Of a stretch of 64,000 bases of DNA, positions 11,901 to 22,235 are shown one piece after another. This DNA is from Octopus bimaculoides. Lineage: Eukaryota. A program made the position numbers and the translations under genes. Each line of letters opens with the position of its first letter. Position 1 is the stretch's first letter. The notes below the pieces were generated by a model. That model did no database searches. It worked only from the letters and a program-made list of their open reading frames with translations, and was not told where the DNA came from. The DNA is taken from assembly GCF_001194135.2 (NCBI RefSeq), contig NC_068984.1, positions 114,303,322-114,367,321 of the forward strand. Reading direction: 5' to 3'.

Positions 11901-12836
11901 CACAACAAATATATAATAAAAAAATTGGTCAAGGGAAGATATTTTGTGAGAGTGAAAAATTGTTTTATTCTTATTGATGCAATAATGACAATGGGATGAA
12001 AAGAAGGACTGAGGAAGAGAAAGTACTATATGATTACAGTTAGCTGAAGGGTCACTAGACTTTATAGGCACTTCACCCCTTGCATTTCTGACTTAAGAAA
12101 GAAATACACACACATACACAGACACGGGCACACACAAACACACACACACACGCACACACACAAACACACACACACACACACACACACACTCATCCACATA
12201 CATGTGTTGGCGTACGTGCTGATATCTGTTGTAACCAGTTGGATTCAAAAGTTGGTGGGTTGATAGTGGTGATGATGTGAGTTGTATTGGTTCAGATATA
12301 TTGGTTTAGATGGGTGATAAAAATCTCTGAAGAGGCCTAGAGAATCATACATGTACCTCTATTTCACACATTTCATCTATCAATTGCTTCAACCCGCTGG
12401 AGTTATATAGATAGAATGAGGCATGTCACCTTTAGGCTGAAACAGCTGTAAGTCATTGTCCCATCTTTGGTCAGTAGATGTCATTTTTAATTACTGATAT
12501 GACATAATATGTCACATGTGTTTGTATATTGTTAATATTGTCCTCTAAGTTAAAAAATAAACAGGTAAATTGACACAATACAATGTCTGCAAGTTGATGA
12601 ATACCACATATTCCCCTCCATTTTCTTCTTGCTATATAAATTAAGGGTAACATATCCTTTTACCCACACACATTTATTGCACTTGGTAATACGCAGGAAA
12701 AACACTAGTGTAATAATAATTGGGTACCCTCCCAGCAGTATATTGGATAGATATTATCCCTTAGTGGGTTGGATTCACAACCCCTAGCTTTCTTGGATAT
12801 ATATATATATATACACACACACACAGATATATATAT

Positions 12837-14805
12837 ATGATGTGTCGATATCTGCTGCCTCCAAGAAGTAAGGTGGAGGGGAGGTTCCTCACAGGCAAAG
12901 AACACAGGTACAAGATTTTCTGGGCAGGGAACACACACGGACTCGGGGGCGTGGGTATACTTCTTGCGGGGAATTGGGTGGATAAGGTAATCGAGGTGGT
13001 CAGAGTATGCAATAAAATACTTAAGATTAAATTTGTGCTTCATCATGGGTTAGCAACTATTATCTCAGCCTATGCCCCTCAGCCGGGGCTGCCCAATGAA
13101 GAGAAAGACCGATTTTATAACACCCTCTTACAGACTACCTCGTTGACGAATGACAAGGACCTTCTCTTTGTGGCTGGTGATTTCAATGGGCATGTTGGAC
13201 AACATGCAGTGGGTTTCCATGGCGCAATGGACATGTTGGACAACATGCAGAGGGCTTTCATGGCATACATGGAGGCTATGGCTTTGGTTTCCGCAATGAG
13301 GAGGAAACCAGACTACTGGAGTTCTGCGATGCAAATGATCTTATGGTTTGCAATACCAACTTCAGGAAACCCACCTGATACCTAGTCACCTACCATTGTG
13401 ACAGACACACTAGCTAAATTGACTACATCCTCACCAGAAAAAGGGAAAGAGGGCTTCTTATAAATGCCAAAACCTTCCCAGGCAAAGAATGTACCCCTCA
13501 ACATAGATTAGTAGTTAGCGACTTCGGGATCAGGGCTAAATGGATGCCCAGAAGAAGACCAGCTTGGAGGAGAAGGGTCTGGAAGCTTAAAGATCCTGCA
13601 AATGGACAGAGATTTAGAAATGTATTACTCGAAGCCTTTGACGAAATAGAAGTGGATATAGCATCACATGATGTGGAAGACACCTGGAGGTTTCTATGGG
13701 ACAACCTGCTGAGAGCCACTGACCAGATCTGTGGATAGTGCAAAAGTCCCCTCTCAACACAAGGTAACGTGGTGTTGGAACAATGTTGTTGACAGGGCTA
13801 TTAGACAAAAGAAACAGGCTTGGAAGGACTGGAAGAACGGTGGTAGCAGGGAATTGTATCAGACTGCCAGAAGGGAAGCTAGGAGACAGGTTTATTTAGC
13901 CAGAGGGGAAGCAGATAAGAAAGAATTTGCCAATGTTCTGCGCTGCAAGGACCAAAGACTTGAAGTGTTTCGTGTTGTAAGACAGTGTGTGAGAGAGAAT
14001 TGTGATGTCATAGGAGAGAAATGTGTCCGCATGGATGATGGTTCACTTGCACTAAACAAGGCTGCAAAGAGAGAGGTTTGGTGATGACACGATGAAAGGT
14101 TGTTCAATAAAGAGAATGAACGAGAGAAAGAGAGTCTGCTGAATGTCAACCCAACAGAGGGACCAGCTATCCAAATTGACAGTACCTTGGTAGATAAAGC
14201 AATCAAGAATATGAAGACTAGGAAAGCCCCCGTCCCATCAGGAATCACTGCGGAGATGCTCAAAATATCTGTGAGTGTAAGTACCTTGAGAGAAAAGTTG
14301 GACCTGAGAAGCATCAGTTGTGGTGTGCAAGAGAGACGATTGCAATGGTATGGTCATGTAGCAAGAATGGATGAGGATAACTGTGTGAAAAAGTTCCACA
14401 CCCTAGCAGTGGAGGGAACCTGTGGAAGAGGTAGACCCAGGAAGACCTGGGATGAGGTGGTGAAGTACGACCATCGAACATTAGGCATCACCGAGGCAAT
14501 GACTATGACCAAGACCTTTGGAAATATGCTGTGCTTGAGAAGACCTGGCAAGCCAAATGAGACCATAACCCGTGGCCTTTGCCAGGGGTGTAGCCAGCCT
14601 ATTCTTGCATACCTTTCCTTCATTTGACACTAAACTCTGCTTGTGAAGATCTGTTGCGGCAAGTGAAATCAAAATCGAACCAAATTCGACGACTGGCACC
14701 TATGTCAACCTTTCCTTCATTGGACACTAAACTCTGCTTGTGAAGACCTGTTGGGGCGAGTGAAATCGAAATCGAAATTGAACCAAATTCAATGACTGGC
14801 ACCCG
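12837..14805 (+). mobile_element. RTE LINE with AP-endonuclease region, RT core deleted, and 3' UTR repeats
   Basis: ORF 12837-13385 has APE motifs GVGILL, IISAYAPQ, GDFNGHVG; at ~14270 AEMLKIS joins directly to VSTLREKLDLRSI...RLQWYGHV.RM...GRGRPRKTW; ~97-bp unit duplicated at 14612-14805. Confidence 0.9.
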
Positions 14806-15504
14806 GAACCATGTGGTTGGTAAGCAAGCTACTTACCACACAGCCACTCCTGCGACTATTTCCATAACATTATCATTATGCTGGTGTTTGTAACATAAAT
14901 TAACATTTGATTTTGAGGGTAGGGTAGATTTTAATTTAAATCACTGCAGTCTCAGATGGGTTGGTATCAAAAGGGTTAGAGAGACTAGAATATTGTAAAA
15001 GCAAACTTGACATGTAAGTGAGTCAGTGGTTGAAAGGTATTACAGTTAAGTGTCATTTATACATAGTTTGATGATGGAAACAGATTGTCTTATAAATTTT
15101 GACAATGATCATTCAGTTGTTCAATCACTCGAGAATTAGAGTTGTTAAATTAACATATATAAGTGGCTGTGTATTCCATAGAACCATGTCTTCTTAATGT
15201 ACTTCTGAAACTGAATCAATGACTCAATATGTGACAAAGCCCTTTGAATCACAGGTACACTCCATCAGGTGAGCTTTCATAGCTTCTATCAACCTAATTT
15301 CATTCACAAGGTACAGGTCACCTGGAGGTATAATAAAGTTGTCACATATTTTGGAACACACTCAGGATTTCATGATTATAAAGTGAACTTCTTAAATCAC
15401 TTAGTCATGCATGGCTTAACCTTTTAGTATTCAGATTATTCTGCCAAATATAATGCTTACTTATTCACATTGTTTTGAATTAATCATAGCGTTGAGATTT
15501 TGAA

Positions 15505-15940
15505 CATCATCATCATCATCATCGTTTAACGTCTGCTTTCCATGCTAGCATGGGTTGGACGATTTGACTGAGGACTGGTGAAGCCAGATGGCTACACCAG
15601 GCTCCAATCTGATTTGGCAGAGTTTCTACAGCTGGATGCCCTTCCTAACACCAACCACTCAGAGAGTGTAGTGGGTGCTTTTACGTGTCACCCGCACGAA
15701 GGCCAGTCAGGCGGTACTGGCAACGGCCACACTCAAAATGGTGTATTTTATGTGCCACCTGCACAAGAGCCAGTCCAGGAGCACTAGCAACGATCTCGCT
15801 CGAAAATCCTACGAAGGCCAGTCAGGCGGTACTGGCAACAGCCACGCTCAAAATGGTGTATTTTATGTGCCACCTGCACAAGAGCCAGTCCAGGGGCACT
15901 GGCAACGATCTCGCTTGAAAATCCTTACACATGTCACAGG
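15505..15940 (-). mobile_element. RTE 3' tail copy with a 115-bp internal tandem duplication
   Basis: (CAT)n then cgtttaacgtc...; cgaaggccagtcagg recurs at 15697 and 15812. Confidence 0.85.
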
Positions 15941-16261
15941 CACAGGTGCTATCCTGATTTCGCTTTCGCTTGCCCCAATAAGTCTTCATTCAGATTACTC
16001 TGTGAAATATAATGCTTGTTTATTCATATTGTTTTGAATTAAACATCCATTACCTTGTAGCTTTGAGATTTCAGCAATGTGATTATTTATTTTAGAATGA
16101 CATTGTAGGGTAGATGTGAGAGACCAGATCTGGCCATTTTTAACGTAGAACAGGTAGAATATTTGGGCCTGATATGGCCAGATTAAATATTTGAGCCAGA
16201 TACGACCAATTTAAATGATAATGGATTAATGAGTGAAAAATACCATGGGAAATTAAATAGC

Positions 16262-16267
16262 TTTATT
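16262..16267 (-). terminator. Candidate AATAAA polyadenylation signal of the - strand gene
   Basis: tttatt on +, about 95 nt downstream of the TAG at 16362-16364. Confidence 0.35.
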
Positions 16268-16361
16268 ACAGAATTTACATAAATACATAAGTAGTTTTAG
16301 TGAGATATACATGTACACACACACACACACACACGCACACAATGTTCTATTTATGTTAGAA

Positions 16362-16728
16362 CTACGCCATCTGCGTTGTAGATGTGTGACAAGGATGAAT
16401 CAGCTTCTCTACACTTCCTTGTGTACTGGTTGTTGTAGAATGATCTGAACTGCTTCGCTGACTTGAGTGCCGGCTTTCCAATAATGCTGTTTGGTCACTG
16501 CTCTTTGTACGAGGTGTCTTCTTCTTCTCTTGAACACTAGGCAAAGTATTCGAACGCATTCGACAATACTCTTGGGAGAAATCTGACTCAATTTCTTTGT
16601 TGCTTCGGGAACGTGGCTGGATCATCGACTTCGTACCACCAAGACGTCCTTTTTTCATTCCTTGAAATATTACCTGCACATTTCGCTTTGGTACAGTTTG
16701 TTCGGTGGCAGCTGAGACACGGCGAATG
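16362..16728 (-). CDS. Terminal coding exon (phase 2), about 121 aa Ser/Thr/Arg-rich tail
   Basis: Acceptor ttatccatttcag| at 16730-16729; open frame IRRVSAATEQ...RMRSNTLPSV...TTQMA*; more CpG-rich than its flanks, no repeat similarity. Linkage to the upstream exons is inferred. Confidence 0.7.
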
Positions 16729-17789
16729 CTGAAATGGATAACATATTTAGACATAAATAAATGTTTGTTGTTTTTTTTGTTTTGTTTTAAAAATCATTTT
16801 GACTTGGTTTCCATTATAGCCATTTTAGTAATAGTTCATTTGTAATAATTAAAAATAGTTTCACTTATCAGTAGAATCTACCCTAACATTTTTAGTTTCA
16901 GCAATTTTTAGATAATATATATATATATATATATATATANNNNNNNNNNNNNNNNNNNNNNNNNNNNNNNNNNNNNNNNNNNNNNNNNNNNNNNNNNNNN
17001 NNNNNNNNNNNNNNNNNNNNNNNNNNNNNNNNNNNNNNNNNNNNNNNNNNNNNNNNNNNNNNNNNNNNNNNNNNNNNNNNNNNNNNNNNNNNNNNNNNNN
17101 NNNNNNNNNNNNNNNNNNNNNNNNNNNNNNNNNNNNNNNNNNNNNNNNNNNNNNNNNNNNNNNNNNNNNNNNNNNNNNNNNNNNNNNNNNNNNNNNNNNN
17201 NNNNNNNNNNNNNNNNNNNNNNNNNNNNNNNNNNNNNNNNNNNNNNNNNNNNNNNNNNNNNNNNNNNNNNNNNNNNNNNNNNNNNNNNNNNNNNNNNNNN
17301 NNNNNNNNNNNNNNNNNNNNNNNNNNNNNNNNNNNNNNNNNNNNNNNNNNNNNNNNNNNNNNNNNNATATATATATATATATATATACACACACATACAC
17401 ATAGAAACAGTAATGCCCCAATATATGAGTTAATTTGTTTTCGGGGAACACTCGTAAAGCGAAATCTTGTAAACACAGGGTCTCATAAAGTGAGGTATTG
17501 TTGTATGTATATATATACATACAAACACATACCCAACTCCCATTTATCTACATATATATATATATATATATATATGACATAATATTTCTTCATATGTAAT
17601 TTTGCTATTTAACAATACAGAAACATAGCTTTATATGAAATACTTATTCTCAAGGAACAAAGAAATGTGTCATTTAACCAGTGATCCAGCTGCATTATTC
17701 AAATTCTATTTTCAGGACTATTATATATATATATTCTTTTAATTTGATTCCCATATTTTCTAGATGAAAAAATTTTGGTGACAAAGCTA

Positions 17790-17895
17790 CAAGGGGTGAA
17801 TGGAAAGTTTTGAGCCTTGAAGTCTTGTACTTTCATCATAAGTCTTGTACCATGTTTTACTTTTTTGAGGCTCAAGACTTTTCATACACCCCTCA
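17790..17895. mobile_element. 106-bp mariner-type MITE
   Basis: TA flanks at 17788-89 and 17896-97; ~29-bp imperfect TIRs caaggggtgaatggaaagttttgagcct / aggctcaagacttttcatacacccctca. Confidence 0.75.
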
Positions 17896-18185
17896 TATAT
17901 TGATACAGCTTTCATAAACTTTTCTAACCAGACAATACACTTTAAGGTAAAATAAACATTTCATTTCTTGATAATAACTTCATGGTATATTGTATCACAA
18001 TACAAAGTTGTAAAGAAACTAAAAGGAAAATAATCCCAAATATAAACTTAAATTATGGAATGAATATCTATCATATTTTATTGAGTAAGCAATGAAGTTC
18101 TTGAAAGTAGTTTCTATATAGGAAAATATTAGTTTTGTATCAGAAGGAACAAAGATGTAGTTAGCTAGTAGCTGAAACAAATATG

Positions 18186-18228
<43 letters not shown>

Positions 18229-19204
18229 NNNNNNNNNNNNNNNNNNNNNNNNNNNNNNNNNNNNNNNNNNNNNNNNNNNNNNNNNNNNNNNNNNNNNNNN
18301 NNNNNNNNNNNNNNNNNNNNNNNNNNNNNNNNNNNNNNNNNNNNNNNNNNNNNNNNNNNNNNNNNNNNNNNNNNNNNNNNNNNNNNNNNNNNNNNNNNNN
18401 NNNNNNNNNNNNNNNNNNNNNNNNNNNNNNNNNNNNNNNNNNNNNNNNNNNNNNNNNNNNNNNNNNNNNNNNNNNNNNNNNNNNNNNNNNNNNNNNNNNN
18501 NNNNNNNNNNNNNNNNNNNNNNNNNNNNNNNNNNNNNNNNNNNNNNNNNNNNNNNNNNNNNNNNNNNNNNNNNNNNNNNNNNNNNNNNNNNNNNNNNNNN
18601 NNNNNNNNNNNNNNNNNNNNNNNNNNNNNNNNNNNNNNNNNNNNNNNNNNNNNNNNNNNNNNNNNNNNNNNNNNNNNNNNNNNNNNNNNNNNNNNNNNNN
18701 NNNNNNNNNNNNNNNNNNNNNNNNNNNNNNNNNNNNNNNNNNNNNNNNNNNNNNNNNNNNNNNNNNNNNNNNNNNNNNNNNNNNNNNNNNNNNNNNNNNN
18801 NNNNNNNNNNNNNNNNNNNNNNNNNNNNNNNNNNNNNNNNNNNNNNNNNNNNNNNNNNNNNNNNNNNNNNNNNNNNNNNNNNNNNNNNNNNNNNNNNNNN
18901 NNNNNNNNNNNNNNNNNNNNNNNNNNNNNNNNNNNNNNNNNNNNNNNNNNNNNNNNNNNNNNNNNNNNNNNNNNNNNNNNNNNNNNNNNNNNNNNNNNNN
19001 NNNNNNNNNACATCAGTGTGTTACTGAGGTATGCTTCAGTAATTCACACAAACCCTGTTGAATAAAGCAGGCAAAAACGATATAGGTTGTGTGCAAGTTA
19101 TGAAGTGGAGAAGAATATTTTGTCATTAATTTTGAAAGTAAGTGTGTGTGTGTGTGTGTGTGTGTTGACATTAAATAAATGGCTAAGAACAGGAATTCTT
19201 TTTT

Positions 19205-19600
19205 TTTTTTTTTACTTGCTTCAGTCATTAGACTGTGGCCATGCTGGGGCACCGCCTTGAGGAATTTTAGTGGAACTAGTTGACCCCAGTACTTATTTTT
19301 GTTTTAAACCTGGTACTTATTCTATTAGTCTCTTTTGCTGAACTGCTAAGTTACAGGGACATAAAAATACCAACACCAGTTGTCAAGTGGCAGTGGGACA
19401 CAAACACAGACATTAAAACACACATATATCTATATATATATATATGATGGGCTTCGTTCAGTTTCTGTCTACCAGACCCACTCACAAGGCTTTGGTCAGC
19501 CCCAAACTATAGAAGATGTTTGCCCAATGTGCAACACAGTGGGAGTGAACATGGAACCATGAAATTGGGGAGCAAACTTCTTACCACACAGCCATGCCTG
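19205..19600 (-). mobile_element. tRNA-derived SINE (OR-like)
   Basis: Same body and head as 8880-9478; central (CA)/(TA) microsatellite. Confidence 0.8.
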
Positions 19601-19607
19601 CATCTAA

Positions 19608-19745
19608 TGTAATCAACTTCATTAGTTTATCGCTGTTTCCGCTTTAGAAGCTCTGAGGAAGCCATAAGGTGATGCACAAGCACTCAGCTCTGAGTGCACT
19701 TCATCTTATAGCAGAAACAGCTGTTAGCTAATGGAGTTGATTACA
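19608..19745 (+). ncRNA. Minimal type I hammerhead-ribozyme motif within a short element with inverted ends (Penelope-like derivative)
   Basis: agct-CTGAGGA (19649-19659); stem II 19661-19672 pairs with 19701-19712; GAAA-CAGCTG-TT (19714-19725) then agct; ends 19608-19647 and 19706-19745 are about 80% inverted repeats. Confidence 0.6.
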
Positions 19746-19919
19746 TAATTCCTGTTCCTTACCATTTATTTAATTTCATATTATGCTCTGTACTTGACTA
19801 ATAATGCTTTATTCTTAACATATATCGAGCTCTAACACCAGGTTATTAATATTGCTATGCCTAAATAAAATCTTGGAATTTATAAAAATATACAAAATTT
19901 TTATTTTTTATTTTTACCA

Positions 19920-20122
19920 TTTGCTTCAGTCCTTGGACTGCGGTCATACTGGGGCACCGTTTCGAAGGGTTTAGTCAAATAAATCAATCCCAATATTTAT
20001 TTTTTTGAAGTCTGATACTTATTCTATCAGTCTCTTTTGCCGAACTGCTAAACTATGGGGATATGAACAAACCAATACCAGTTGTCAAGGAGTGGAGAGA
20101 GGAACACACAAAAAACACAATC

Positions 20123-20172
<50 letters not shown>

Positions 20173-20193
20173 GAGCGTCAACACAGTTTCAGT
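19920..20193 (-). mobile_element. tRNA-derived SINE (OR-like), partial, runs into a gap
   Basis: Body sequence shared with the 19.2 and 26.5 kb copies. Confidence 0.75.
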
Positions 20194-20838
20194 NNNNNNN
20201 NNNNNNNNNNNNNNNNNNNNNNNNNNNNNNNNNNNNNNNNNNNNNNNNNNNNNNNNNNNNNNNNNNNNNNNNNNNNNNNNNNNNNNNNNNNNNNNNNNNN
20301 NNNNNNNNNNNNNNNNNNNNNNNNNNNNNNNNNNNNNNNNNNNNNNNNNNNNNNNNNNNNNNNNNNNNNNNNNNNNNNNNNNNNNNNNNNNNNNNNNNNN
20401 NNNNNNNNNNNNNNNNNNNNNNNNNNNNNNNNNNNNNNNNNNNNNNNNNNNNNNNNNNNNNNNNNNNNNNNNNNNNNNNNNNNNNNNNNNNNNNNNNNNN
20501 NNNNNNNNNNNNNNNNNNNNNNNNNNNNNNNNNNNNNNNNNNNNNNNNNNNNNNNNNNNNNNNNNNNNNNNNNNNNNNNNNNNNNNNNNNNNNNNNNNNN
20601 NNNNNNNNNNNNNNNNNNNNNNNNNNNNNNNNNNNNNNNNNNNNNNNNNNNNNNNNNNNNNNNNNNNNNNNNNNNNNNNNNNNNNNNNNNNNNNNNNNNN
20701 NNNNNNNNNNNNNNNNNNNNNNNNNNNNNNNNNNNNNNNNNNNNNNNNNNNNNNNNNNNNNNNNNNNNNNNNNNNNNNNNNNNNNNNNNNNNNNNNNNNN
20801 NNNNNNNNNNNNNNNNNNNNNNNNNNNNNNNNNNNNNN

Positions 20839-21075
20839 ACATGTCACCTGCACGAAAAACGGCCACGCTCGAAATGGTGTCTTTTATGTGCCACCCACAC
20901 AAGCCAGTCCAGGGGCACTGGCAACGATCTCACTCGAAAATCCTACGGGAGCCAGTCAGGCGGTACTGGCAACGGCCACACTCAAAATGGTGCATCTCAT
21001 GTGCCACTCGCACAAGAGCCAGTCCAGGGGCACTGGCAACGATCTTACTTGGCTTGCCGGGTCTTCTCACGCACA
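20839..21075 (-). mobile_element. RTE 3' fragment joining the ORF end directly to the tail repeats
   Basis: - strand gtgagaagacccggcaagccaag (cf. 14536-14556) runs straight into the gccagt...actggc subunits. Confidence 0.75.
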
Positions 21076-21859
21076 ATCAAAAGAAAGACCAGAATGAATA
21101 CACTAGCCAGCCTGTGGGGTGAGTGTGGTAATGTCTTCGGAGACCCTACAACTGAAGACAGTAAAACGTTTCTGGGAGTTATGTGATAAAATATAGCTGA
21201 TGTTTGAAACAGATATGTAAAGGAACTAATGAGTTATACAGCCAAATGATAAGGAAGAGATACAAAAATGATTATGAATATGATTCCTCCCCGTTGAAGA
21301 AAGTAAAACTGCCTTCTCAGTTAACATTGATTTGAAATTAACAAGACAATGATGGTGTAAAGTAATTGGATGATATTTTTTAAAAACAAAATACAAGACC
21401 TACAACTGGTCTTATGACACAAATCTGTCCTGGCTATTTTTTGCAAAATCTCTTTTCTAGGAAGATATTTAAATCTTAATCCTTTTTCTTTTTAAAATGA
21501 AAATTACATAACTATTAAAAGAACTTAAAATACCGAGATACTCTATCTATCAATGACCATCATCATTTAATGTCCATTTTTCATGCTGGATTTAATGTCC
21601 ATTTTCCATGGATTGGATGGCTCGACAGGAACTGACGAGCCAAGCTCCATTGTCTGCTTTGGCATGGTTTCTACAGCTGGATACTCTTTCTATGCCAACC
21701 ACTTTAATGGCTGTACTGGATGTTTTTTACATGGCACAGACAAAGTAATTTACAAGACAAAAATCCTAAACTGTGTAGGAGTGTAGTATTTATTTCTGGG
21801 ATCACTTATTAAATACTGTGCCACTATTTGATGGTTGCAACAACAACAATGATAATTCT

Positions 21860-22235
21860 TTCTACTATAGGTACTTATTTTATCGACTCTGAAAGGATGA
21901 AAGGTAAAGTTGACCTTGGTGGCATTTGAAATCAGAACATAAAATCAGAAGAAATGCTGCTAGCAGTTTGTCAGCCATGCTAACGATTTTGCCAGCTCAC
22001 TACCTTAACAACAACAATAATGATATTGGTTTCAAATTTTAGCAGAAGGCCAGCAATTTTGGTGGAAGGGCTAAGTTGACAAATTGACCCCAGTGCCCAA
22101 CAGGTACTTACAACCCTGAAAGAATGAAAGGCAAAGTTGACCCTGGCAGCATTTGAACCCAGAACATAAAGACAGACAAAGTGCCGCTAAGCATTTTGTC
22201 TGGTGTGCTAATGATTCTGACAGCTTGCTGCCTCA
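21860..22235 (-). mobile_element. Two partial tRNA-derived SINEs of a second family
   Basis: Repeated gaaaggatgaaaggcaaagttgac...tttgaa..cagaac block at 21890-21940 and 22115-22165; related copy at 36020-36200. Confidence 0.65.

Noticed and set aside
15578-15787. Recurring ORF MKPDG.TRLQSDLAEFLQLDALPN... (also 2657, 33080, 50787, 51612)
   Set aside because: Antisense translation of the non-coding RTE tail; it recurs because the repeat recurs, and lengths and stops vary among copies.
21075-21190. - strand segment reading ...HRLASVFILVFLLIV, like a transmembrane exon
   Set aside because: Its apparent donor comes from the adjoining RTE insertion and its phase does not clearly fit the exon chain.
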